Positions 1-12,300 of a DNA stretch of 64,000 bases are shown in pieces. Below the pieces are notes generated by a model. That model saw nothing but the letters and a program-made list of their open reading frames with translations, did no database searches and had not been told where the DNA came from. A program made the position numbers and the translations under genes. The DNA comes from Botryllus schlosseri (taxonomy: Eukaryota), in contig CM119372.1 of NCBI GenBank assembly GCA_051294905.1, positions 25,484,001-25,548,000 of the forward strand. Reading direction: 5' to 3'. Within the stretch, counting starts at the first letter, position 1, and the number at the start of each line of letters is the position of its first letter.

Positions 1-335
1 AATGTGCACAGTGCCCAATAATGTGATCTTTTGGATCATGTCGAATCGAACGTTACCCGGAATTTGTTGGATATGTCTCATGAGTTTTTTGCTCACGACC
101 CCTGTAGCGCCAATGACTATCGGTACAATGTTTATTTTGCATCGCCACATTTTCTCACATTCCATTTTGAGGTCTGCGTATTTGGAGTGTTTTTCTGATT
201 CTTTTTGCAGTAGGTTGTGATCAGCTGGGACAGCCAGTTCAATGAGTAAGCATTCTCTTTTCTTTTTTAGTTTGACGATTATATCCGGGCGGTTGCTTCT
301 GATTTTGCGGTCAGTTATATCTGGTACATCCCACA
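1..335 (-). mobile_element. Non-LTR retrotransposon remnant, C-terminal REL-endonuclease region (R4/Dong/NeSL-like)
   Basis: Minus-strand translation gives [61 protein letters not shown], typical of the C-terminus of restriction-like-endonuclease LINEs. Related copies lie at 9953-10100 and 12350-12520. Confidence 0.7.
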
Positions 336-339
336 GAAT

Positions 340-685
340 TTTTTATTATTATTTTTTCTTTATTCACAGTAAGAAACTGGTCAATACACACATAATCCGG
401 GGAGCAACCTGCACCCAAAGGAAAATGGCGAGATTGGAGTAAATTTTTTAAAATTTCAGTAATGCAGTCAAATTGTTATTGTTATTCCTATGCAATACAT
501 GGAGTCTAAGTCAGATTACAGAATTGCAGTAGATGAAGAATTGGCAAGGGTTACAGAGCAGAGGTAGAGATGATTGAAAATGAAGAATTGAAATTACAGA
601 AATGATGCTGTGATTCACTAGTATAATTTTAGTCCAGTGGTGCAGTCAACGCCTTCCGAAGAATATGCACAGTGCCAAACACAGT
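340..685 (-). mobile_element. 3' end (GTVHILRK, 3'UTR, (AAT)n tail) of the same non-LTR family
   Basis: Minus strand reads GGCACTGTGCATATTCTTCGGAAG (GTVHILRK) and ends AATAAAG...(AAT)n. Near-identical copies at about 8965-9288 and 12110-12350. Confidence 0.65.
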
Positions 686-829
686 GGCGCTTATCGTCTT
701 ATTCAGGCTATGTGCGCCGCGACACGAATTTATTGTAATGTCCACTTCTTTGACTACGTATTCTTTGGGGACGACTTTTTATTCTTGCTCCCTATCGATT
801 TCAGTCTCTGTCGCTCCCATGCGTCCCCA

Positions 830-1200
830 TCATAGTCTCTGCTTCCGACTTGTAGCACGCGGCTCACTTTTAGTCTGGGCTTCTCAATGCACTACCGTAG
901 TAGTGAGGTCGACGATGAGGAACCTAGAGAAACCTCCGACACGTAGAAGCTGGTCAGAACCGGAATTCGAACCCACGTGCATTGGTGTCGTGACTGCAAT
1001 GTTTTGATTTCGTTATGATTCCGTAGCACTGCCTACTTCTAGGCTTTTTAAGATACCGCTTACGCGGATCAGGTAGCGAGGAGAAGCCTAGATAAACCTG
1101 CAGCACTTGAGAAGAGATTCTGCAGTCGATCTCGGTCGCACTGGAATCGCACCTATCGGTGTTGCAGCTGGGGATCACACCACCACGCTACCAATCGCTA
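830..1200 (-). mobile_element. tRNA-derived SINE family copies
   Basis: Minus strand has A/B-box-like heads (TAGCGTGGTGG; GGGTTCGAATTCC). The body CCGACTTGTAGCACG...GAGGAGCCTAGATAAAC recurs at about 7745-7855 and 12675-12860. Confidence 0.5.
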
Positions 1201-1898
1201 CAAAGGTATTATCTTGGCAATATTTGACTGGTCCGGTCCGCATGCGATTAAAAGGTTTGAATTCGGACTGTGACAGAAATTGAGTTTGATACCCCTACTA
1301 TAAAGAGAATGAACCCCGAACTCGGGGAAATTTCGCGGTCAGTCGGGTACCATTACCATATAGGAGTATTTCCAATCGGGTTCACTCATCCCAATAGAAT
1401 GCTTTGCATTTGAAAGACACGAAACTTATGCGAAGATTGTATTTCGACATCACTCTATAGGACTACGCTTTTCAACCATTGTGTTTTGGAAGAAGTTCGT
1501 TTGATATTCATTTTAAGGATCAAGATAACTACTATGTACCGCCAAGCTTGTGAAATACAGGTCATTTCGCTCCAAAGTAGCTCAGTTATTCAATTTTCAG
1601 TTTTAGAGCCGATGACGTTGTCCGTGACACGATGTCGCAAAAGTACATAAAATTTGTATAAATATATTGGTATAAATTTTCCAACAAAATGAATTTGACT
1701 TATATTGATGATCCATAATCAATTTATTTACATTAGACTTGTATATAACGTCAAATAAATTGCCAGATATTTAACGACGTGCTATATTTGTGACTATTTT
1801 GTGACTATTTGTCACTCCATTGCCTCTCTTGGCAGTGAGAATTAATTTAACTCGGGTAATCATCATTTTAGTTTCAGCGTGAATATTAAGGTATTAAG

Positions 1899-2567
1899 CA
1901 GCTTGTAATGACTCGAGTCGCAAGTTTTTGGTGACTTGACTTGACTCGAGTGATTTCCCGTGACTCGACCAAGTCATATGACTCGAGACTCGGGCGGCCA
2001 AGACAGGCAGTTTGTTGTATAACTTCGAAGAATAGGACGCTAACACATTATTGGTATTTCGTTTATCAGTGCTCGAATATGTGAAATACGGCGGGAAACT
2101 GCGTAAAGTGAACAATATTTCAATATTTTGATTGTGAGGCATTCAATATCACTCGAACAGAGTTGTTAAAAGTGAGTTAAACAGGATTGAACTCGAAAAT
2201 GAACAGTGAACACAATGACTTGAAAGTGGACTCGAGTGTCAACTCAACAGTGTGACTCGAAGTTGGAACTTTGAACCCTGACTTGGATTTGGACTTTACT
2301 AGTGAATTGAAAATGACTTGACTTGACTCGAGTCAAAACTATAAAAAGTAGAAGTGACTTGTGACTGAGGAACTTATAACAGCTGAAATGCAATAATTTT
2401 CATACAAAGATGTTATAATGAAGTAAAATTTGTTATATATGAAAAAGCTTCTCAGAACAGAGCCAACCAAAGGTTCGTTTGTGAACGTGAACCTCTAAAT
2501 TTCTGAGGTTCACACATAGAACGCGAACGTGAACCTCACGTTCACACCATCCCTAGTTACAACCCTG
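1899..2567. mobile_element. hAT-type MITE (GACTC/GAGTC-rich family) with a nested fragment of the GTGAAC MITE family
   Basis: Ends are CAGCTTGTAA...TTACAACCCTG and the flanks GTATTAAG/GTATTAAA give a 7/8 TSD. Same family as 52958-53474. Confidence 0.65.
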
Positions 2568-4802
2568 GTATTAAACTCAAGGTCAGCAGTTTTTTATGTT
2601 GTTATTTAAAATCGAGTCATCGATTTCATCATCTGGGCGAATATGAAGATAGTTGTGGCACGAGTAAACAAGAACAACTACAATTTTCATGTCGAAATAG
2701 ATTATGAACGTGTGCCATAGACTAGGGTTACCCTATTTTTGTGGCACAAATTCCGGGCGCTCTTTAGCGCCCACTAGCGGATTTCAAAATGAGTTATGAG
2801 CACATTGTCCATCAATATGACGTCACACCAGCACTAGAGGTGGTCACGATCCGGTCCGAGAGTATGTGGTTGTGTGTTTTAAATTTTAACCAGGCCCGAA
2901 GCCACATTTTTAGCCCCCTCCCGCCCAAATAAACATTAATCTTGGGTCCACTGCAAGGTAATCGATGCAACTTCTGGGGGCTTACTATATGCATCTGGTC
3001 GTTAAATGATTTGAATGAATTCTCTCAATAATATTGGTTCTTCCATACATTACTAAATAATTTTTATCCTCTCTCCACCCACATGATCGGAGTTACCGGT
3101 AGAGCTGGTGGGGGGTGATGACTTCGAAAATACAGGGAGCGTAATTGTACATCGTTAAGTCATGTTCATGTCACACCGATAAGATTATTTATCAGCCCGA
3201 TGCCGGTGTGCACTGCGCACCACTGAGCTATATAACCACCGCACACCCGGTGGTTTCAATTTTTTATGGTCGCGACTCCATTTCCAGTTTGGAAATGTTT
3301 CGTGACCGAGCTCAAAATTTGTTAAGTTGATTACTAATTAAAGGTCAAAGACAATTGCCATCCCACAGGGAAAATTATTTGCCAGTGAAGAAATACCAAT
3401 TTGAAATCGTGGGCGTCTTTTAGTTCAGTACGTTTGGGCGATTTCAATATCTTTTGACATGGCAGGCAAGAAGTCACGAAATAACACTATGTCGTTTCGA
3501 CACTCTCCTATCGGGGCCTACGTCGGCACATTTGCCCAGACTTACGCACGGCCTATTTGGGAAGCTGATTACGTTCAACATCTTCGCGAAAACCAGAATT
3601 AAGGCAAACTACCCCCAGGTCCAGAACCACTATCTTTTAATAAAGAATCTAAACGGCCTAAACTAACTCTAGAAATACACCGTTCTCCTGTAATTGCGAT
3701 TACAATTAGACTTATTATTAGACTCTGTAAATGAATGTTATTTTTATTTATTTTTGATCGCAGTTTTTGCGGGGGTGGTATTCCCCACATTAAAATTAAC
3801 ATATGCGATACTAAATCGCGCGCAGCGCGAAGAAAAATTTCATGCAGCATAAATATAGCCAAAAATAATATTGTTTACGTTGATTTACGAAAAAATTATG
3901 AGGTTACTTCAAGCCTTCAAAATTCCGGACATAGGCATATTTTAGAAATTTCTCCCGCACGCAGTTTCATCAGCGAAATTCCGGACGTATGGCTACCCTA
4001 CCATAGACCCACTCCGGAAGCAGATACCGTCGATCTGTTTCCAAATTCTGTCGCCGATATTTCTATACAAAGTCGGTTCCGACTCGGCCGAGCCGGTGTC
4101 GCGCCTGACGTTGAAAAGATTTCCGGGCTTAAATCGGATCTATCTTCCATTCATACGATCACTCCACGATAAAACTTTCTACTATAGGTTATGGAGTCTG
4201 ATCCGGTTGAAACACGACTACAATCAACATTCGGGTTCAGGTTCAATGTGCGCGTCACGATTCCACGTCTGCAGCTGCATCGGTTCCTTCGCCCTATACA
4301 GATTACTGCACACTAACTGATTGCAAAGTTGAACTGAAAATTGCGAATAGCAGCAATAAAACGGATCATTCAATCACGCTCGTTTGAGTTCTTTCTGCTT
4401 GTACCAAACCCAATGAAAACTTTTCTTGCATATCACTATATAGCTTGCTATGTAACTATATATTACTACCAAACAAAAGCGTAGTTTTTCATACTGTATT
4501 TGACGAAATGAACATATATGAATACATCAATTTGCGTTGCAATAAGGATAGTTGATAATCGCGTCAAAAGATCTTTAATGTAAGCAGTCAGCCATTAATC
4601 ATCATCGCCCAGCATTTTGATGCCGATATGAAGTAACTCTCTTGTCGATGGTGAGGATAAATCATATCACAGAGATGTAACATCGTCTTGATTGTCGTCC
4701 TAAGTCGTTTCCGTATGTCACGTTACATATGAAACAGAAATGTCAATATCAAACGTGTCAGAAGAACTTGGACTGAAAAACGTCAAAGTAGTTCACTTTA
4801 GT

Positions 4803-6015
4803 CAGTGGTTCTCAACCTCTTTGTCTTCGCGGACCCCGTTTGGACCGTCACGGACCCGCGGACCCTCTCAAGTTTTCGTTCAAAATTAGCTCAATTATCG
4901 TGCAACAGTCATCTGTCTTGTGCAAATATTAACTGTAGGCTAGTGATAAACAGTCACAAAATGACTTTTCTTGGAAATAACATCACACGATATGCATAGA
5001 AATCGGGTAGACTTTTATTATTTCGAAGCAAATTTTGCAGCTGTACTTATTGTCTTGAAAATCCACGTATTCGATTTGAGATGAACGAGTGTCGATCGAA
5101 AATCCATTTCCACAAATATATATTGGCGGAGAATGTAATATTAATGCGTAACGCTTCTGACGACAGCTTTTGGTGAGAGTTTTTAATGAACATATCACTC
5201 CAGCCTAGTCATTTCTATCTAGCATCTCATCTTGAAGTTATTTAGTGGATATGTCACAGGAGAAAATAGATTTCGTGGCGAGGTTACAATTCCATCACTG
5301 GAACAGATTAGGAAAATATTTATATTTCAAACGACGTTTACAGGGGCGGGGGATAGCGTAGTGGTAACAGTAAGCGCACACCAATCTGGCGGACCTATAT
5401 CGATTCCCGTCGGAAAAAGCCCAGAAAAAGACCCGCCGAAAGAAAGCACTCACAAGGAATGGAAAGAACTAATAGAAAGGGCCGCGGCTTCAAAAAGATC
5501 AACATCGAAAAGAACTGTGACATCGGGCACTCTAGGTCGAGGTGGATGTTAGAGTAAAGGATCGCTACTGATGCGTGTCGTTCGACATCCTTCTATCTGT
5601 TCATGACATCGCATTGTGTCTTATCGCATTGTACATTGTGTGTAACTTGTTCAGATGAAAAATATAACCCAACGATATTGACAACTCCAAATCCGAAATG
5701 TTTTGCAAGACCTTGCTATCTCCAACATTTCATTTTTTCACAAACCCCAACAAGACATCTCTAAACAGCAAATGTTTGCGTCGGCAGGCTATAGGTAATT
5801 TGACAATTAAAATTAGTTTTCAATGACGTATATTTCATCTCAGACGACCATTTTAATGAAGTGAGTGCTAAAGTTTTAGCAATTATGAAGCGAAACTGTC
5901 TCATGCTCTTCCTAATAGAAAATAAAATAAAAGTTAGGTTATCAATCATCTTACAAATTTAGAGGTTTTGTGGACCCCCTGAAAATGCTTCGCGGTCCCC
6001 GGTTGAGAACCAACT
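4803..6015. mobile_element. Non-autonomous hAT element (CAGTGGTTCTCAAC TIR)
   Basis: TIRs CAGTGGTTCTCAACC / GGTTGAGAACCAACT, with flanks ACTTTAGT/ACTTCAGT (7/8 TSD) and GGACCC subterminal repeats. A related copy lies at 46834-47708. Confidence 0.7.
5343..5670 (+). mobile_element. tRNA-derived SINE
   Basis: The head GGGGCGGGGGATAGCGTAGTGGTAA...ATCGATTCCCGTC carries A and B boxes. The 3' body (GTCGTTCGACATCC...CATTGTACATTGTGTG...GATGAAAAATATAA) recurs at about 8750-8955, 21235-21340 and 21610-21700. Confidence 0.6.
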
Positions 6016-6323
6016 ACTTCAGTGGTAGTAATAGTCAGTGTAAGGTGACCAGACTATATAGGTGTGAAATCACTTATAAATTCCAAATCGTTGGAATTAC
6101 ATTACTCCATTATGGACACTTGGACAGCCATTGCTACTATATTCATCAAATTGATATTCAAATATGTCAGTGAAGTCAAATTGAAGTCAAATGTAGACTA
6201 AAAGACATAGTACAGAATACCTAGTACAGAATGGAAGGAACTTCTTGAATTGATACATGAGGCGAATGAGAAGAAATGGCATTATCATCGATCCATCCCA
6301 ACAAATTTCAGACTAGCTGCGTT

Positions 6324-9300
6324 TCAGACGCTTATACTTACGTCATTAAATAGCATCTGAACCATCTCGTTTCCCTTGTACTCAGGTCCGCTTCCTCCAA
6401 GTTCTTTGGGGAGATATTCTTTTGGAAAATGATTGTAGAAGTCGTCAAGCTCTTCTCCGTAGATATAGATCTAAGTAATGCATAGTGATGACTGATGATT
6501 AACGTAGAAACAGTGCATTTCTAAACTCGTATTATGATCTGTTTGCGCCCGGTTAACCATGTTCAAGCTTCTATTGCCGCCGAATCGACAGTCAAGATGT
6601 AAATCATAGAGCCAGCAATTAAGCAAGTACTCTTCTATTTGATGGGATGTATTACTTTTATTTAATTTCGGACGTAATCCCTAATTTAACACCCTCGATA
6701 CGTTCATTGCTTGCATTGAGAACTACGATAACTTATCGTAGGCCTCGCTTACACTTATGTCCTTGGGGTTGGCACTCGCAGTCAGAGTTGAGAGCAGGCC
6801 TACGAGAGTACGAGAGGGGGCATTTTTGGTGAGTTGCAAGTCGAAGTGAGAGTCGCACTTTTCAAACTGTTGGTGTCGGGAGTCAGAGATCGAGACGCAA
6901 TTCTCAATCGTAGGTAGTTCTTAGCTAGAGTCAGACTCGTTGACATAATTTGGCGAGAGTCTGGATTCGACGTACAGCAATACTTTCCCGATTTGGAATT
7001 GATGATAATTCCCGCGTACAGCTTGTATTCATGTATTGAAACTACGGCAGTTTCCATTACCAGTATACTATAGGGTGGCAACTTTTAGCTGACTAAGTCT
7101 TGATTCGGACTTACATAGCGAAGTCGGAAGCAGAGTCAGAGTCGCAATTCCAAATTACATAGGTCGTGCGTCGGAGTCAGGGTGTCGAGTTGGAATTTTA
7201 TGAATGTCGGGAGCGGAGTCGCATAGTTTTTTTTGCGACTATCCAGCCCTGCCTATACCCCATTATTATCGGTTATGGTCGGCAACGCATTATACCTGTA
7301 CAAGTGTAAAGTGTAAGTAAACCCGGGGGTCGGGTGAAAGTAATGGAATCGCTGATTATAATTTATGTTTATTTACGAAATATCTTTTGGCCCCGTGGAG
7401 CTCGTTCCTTCCCCCGAATGGATGTCGAATCGACCATCATTACGCGACGATATACTTGATCGGGCTGGAAAAGGTAGCCTGTACGACGTGGACATGGACA
7501 TGTACATGTACATTGTAGCCTACAACAATGTAGTAGACTCTTTCAGAGTAAAATTATGAGCAATAAATAAAGTCCAAAATAAAAACTTCGAAGCTGAAAC
7601 TATGGGACAGTAAGTGGGATTTTTAATTGAAGATTCGAATCTGTCATGAGTATCTGGAGTATTTGTTTGTTTTGGGGTATTCATGGTGTTTGTCGACTAC
7701 TATGGTCATTTACACCAGGCCGATATTTTTCTTATTTTTCCGTAACTGCCGACTTATAGCACGGCCCACCTCTAGGCTTTTGGAAGACACCGCTGCCGCG
7801 GATGAGATGGCGAGGAGGAGCCTAGGTAAACCTCCAACACTTAGGTATCTGGAGTACAATTATATAACTATCAAACAATAACGCGAACGCACAAACCATT
7901 GCTGTGAGTGACAGCTGCATAGTGCATATGCATTAAGCAACACACCACCATACTGCGCTTTCTCGTCGCAATAGATCAAAACTACAGGTGGATTGATTTG
8001 AAATATCCCGAAAGCTGTGATGCTCATCAGATCGATTCAAATGCAAATGTTAACGCAAATTTACCGAACTATGCCAGCAGTAGAATATGCATATAGGCCT
8101 ACAGCAAAATATTCTGCTTTACCCTTTCAAAGAGTTTCGCTTTCAACAAAGGCTTGATTAAATTGTAACTCTTCGTGAAAAACCATGGCTGTCTAATGCA
8201 ATGAATTCCTTTGAATCTGCACGGAAAAGATCCCTGAAAAGAAGAAGATATGGAATAGAGATTGACCTATACCGTACAAGAATTTGAAATCGATCGGACG
8301 AGGCGTCGCATATGATACACGAGTGATCTGTAATCCATCGTATTCATGCCTCGTGATTGGTTCTTTAATCAATGATGTTGTACCGAATACTGACGATCAC
8401 GGATCATATCGTACGAAAATAGCATGGATCAGGGATATCTAGAACTCTAGCTAGAGCGTAGTCCAGTTATAGATAGCATTGGTATGGAGTATGGCTTTGA
8501 GCAACTTGACGTTCTGACTGGCTTTCGGCTGGCGCAAGTCAGCTATTTGGATATTCCCGCTCAAACACGGACATGTTTTATAATAGCGTTTGTTTTAAAT
8601 GCAACCCTAGCTGTACGACGCGCTTTAGGTCTCGAAGTGAAGTATAGTGAATTTTGCGGGACAGTGACCAGCAGTAATGACAATCATTGTTACGAATTCT
8701 AAATGTGCCTTGCTACTACTAAAAGAAATCATGTTGGGTCAGCGTTGAAAGAGCGCAGTCATAAGTAAATGAAAAGAGCAAGAAAGAGCCGCGGGATAGG
8801 TACTAACATCGAAAAAGAACTGTGGCATCAGGCTCGCGATGGATGTCAAGAGACCGCAACTGGTCGTTCGGCATACTCGTATTTGTTCGTTACATCGCGT
8901 TGTGTGTTATCTCATTGAACATTGTGTGTGTGTTGTTCAGATGAAAATATAATCGGAAGATTATTGATTATTATTACACTGTATTCTTTATTCACAGTAA
9001 AACTAGTAAATACACACATAATCCGGGGAGCAACCTGCCCCCAAAGGAAAATGGCGAGATTGTAGTAAATTTTTAAAATTTCAGTTATACAGTCAAATTG
9101 TTATTACTATGCAATACATGAAGAGGTCAGATTACAGAATTGCAGTAGATGAAGAATCGGCAAGGGTTACAGAGCAGAGGTAGAGATGATCGAAAATAAA
9201 GAATCGAAAGTACAGAAATATGCTGTGATTCACACGTGTAATTTTAGTCCAGTGGTGCATTGAAGGCCTTCCGAAGAATATGCACAGTGGGGCTCTGCAA

Positions 9301-12300
9301 AAATGACTTTTTTTTCTCAAATCGTACTGGCTTCTTGATAAAATTGTTAGGTTACCTAATTTAAGCCTACACACCAAATTTGGTTCAATTCCAACCAGTA
9401 GCCGCATTGCTACAGGAGAAGAAAGTTTCTATTTATTATATAAAAATAAATAACCAAAAATTTGAAAATTTTCTGTTCACCCCATGAAAGCGTTAGGTTG
9501 TCTATAGAAAGGTTTTTCACCAAATTTGGTTCAATTTCAACCAGTGGCAGCGAAATTATCGCCGTCGAAAAATTTGGATTATGAATAAAATAGTATTTAC
9601 GGTGACTAATTCTTTACTTATTTATTATAGTGGTGCCCACCGTAAATACTATTTTATTCAAATCCAAATTTTTGGACGGCAATAACTCCGCTTCCACTGT
9701 TTGGAATTGAACCAAATTTGGTGAACATCGTTTCTATAGACAACCTATCACTTTCATGAGGTGAACAGAAAATTTTCAATTTTTTTGTAATTTATTTTTA
9801 TATAATAACTAGAAACTTTCTTCTCCTGTAGCAATGCGGCTACTGGTTGCAATTGAACCAAATTTGTTGAGTAGGCTTAAATTAGGTAACCTAACAATTT
9901 TATCAAGTAGCCCGTACGATTTGTGAAAAAAAGTCATTTTTGAAGAGCCCTAATGCACAGTGCCCAATAGCGTGATCTTTTGCATCATGTCGAATCGAAC
10001 GTTACCCGGAATCTGTTAGATGAGTTTTTTGCTTACGACTCCTGTAGCGCCAATGACTATCGGTACAATGTTTATTTTGCATCGCAACATTTTCTCATTA
10101 TGATTATCAGTATTATTATTATTGGCTCCTGAAACACAGCGTCACAATAATTATATTAAGACTTAGCAGGACATATCATCAGTTTGTAGCCCAATACATG
10201 CGCCAATATGATGTTTATGAATAAGGGCTAGTTTATTAAAATTTCATTAAACTTTCATTCAAGAGTGATTCTATATTAACTGTGCCTCCATCTTTGTCGG
10301 TTAGTCTCCCTCGAGTGTGTGCAATAAATTCTCGGTATGGCAGGGACAAAGAGATATTCATTCTTATTCAATTCACTAATTGTTAATGATGGTGACTAGA
10401 TGCCGTTCTATTGAATGTTATTTAATATTTAAATATACCGTCTTGAATTCATAGACCCTAAAACCAACGATCAGAAGTCCAATGTAATGCAAAGCGATAA
10501 TATAATTAGTAATTACTTAACAATGATTATAAACATCCGTAGTTCACAGATATTGCAAGCCCTACATTAGATATGTGTCTTTGAAGCAATGGTATAGCAT
10601 ACCATCCAAAATACTGCACGGTGTAAACAAGTACCTGTAACATGTCCACCATCGTTTTATAGTCATTTAGTCCAACAGAAGCGACGTGGGTCATTGAGTA
10701 ACCTTCAAAATCTTCGACCAGACACAATCCGTTGATTTGCGTCACCTCGCTCGACAGAAGCTTTTCCAAAACGTAGACAAGCGTCTGCACAGCCTGCGAG
10801 TAGCATGGTATCATTACAGTATGGATTTCAGATAGACATCGAAAATTGAATTGATACTGATACTGACTTCGATGAAAGGATACTCGACCGGGTCCCAATC
10901 TTCAAATCGGAAAAACATTACGACACGACCCTGAAAAAGCAATTTCACAAAAGCTGAATTTGCATCTGGCATGGAATGACACCATGCAAGCGAAATATAC
11001 ACAACATATAAATTGGGCATCCATAATACGAAAAACCTGAACACGTAATTCGGAATAGGACAGATGAGAAATGGTCGATATGATCCTCCATTTCAGTAAC
11101 TTTCGATATGAACTAGTTAAAAACAGATCTTGTTCAATGACCATACCCACTATACTCCGACCTGACGGTTTCATCCATTTTCGCTTGCGAACTTGTAAAA
11201 TTTCTAAGCAAATTTTGCGGACCGGTAGACCTTCAATAACTTTAACTATCTGTAGGCGTCGATTTCGTATCATGCTTGACTTGTTTTTTTTATTATAGGC
11301 CTATACGCGTGCGTGTGCACTGTGCATTGTACGATTGTACATCGTAACAGTCTCACATCAAATACATGTATAATCCTGACAACATTAAAATTCACAATGA
11401 GATATTGAAGCACTGGGCTGGGCCTGGCCAATGTAGTCTTCTACTGCGAAAATCAGCAATTGGAGTTTGACGTAGCTCAATACTCACTTCATTATCTCTT
11501 TGAGGAAGAACACCAGGCTGGCCCCGAGCCACTCGCTGTTTCAATTTCTCCAGGTTCACTCCAGTAAATACATGAGGATAAGTCAATCTGTACTTGACGT
11601 AACCTAGGGAAACGCCGTGTGATTATCTCAGAAGTTGTTTCATGAGAATGGATTCAATAACTTATTCACCCTTCATGAGTTCCAATGTTCTCGGAACGTC
11701 GAATTTTCTAGCCCGCAGAAATTTTACAAGTTCTTGATCGCTAGCATTTTCGAATTGCTCTTTCAATCTTTTACTCGCTTCGTCCTCCTGATCCAATCTG
11801 AATGTTGATGAAGTATTATGGACACGTTAGCATCTCGGATACATGCTTCAGTTTTAAACATTGGCGTCACAGTTGATTACAGTATAGCAAGGAAACAATG
11901 AAGAATAATAAACCTAATATGTATAACTTGCCAACTTGGCGAAGGCTATTTTCCCCATCGATAGTTAAATTTGTGGCACATTTGGCAAAATATACTCTGT
12001 TTTTGTTGTCTCGTAATATATTTCGATGGATTGATGTGATGTATAATAACTAACTACATTGAGATTTTCATTCAACATTTCCACGGCAATAGTAGCATAT
12101 CATTAATATGATTATATTCTTTATTCACAGTAAATGCACATAAATTGTGGGAGGTAACCTGGCAACCCTTGAAAAAAGGGCGAGATTGAAGTAAATTTTA
12201 AAAATGTTGGTAATACAGGCTAATCGTTTTTCCTGTGCAATACATGAAGATATCAGATTACATAATTGCGGTAGATGAAGAATTGGCAAGGGTTGCAGAG

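Noticed and set aside
5343..5412. Functional tRNA gene
   Set aside because: It forms no complete cloverleaf and continues into a dispersed repeat body, so it is a SINE head.
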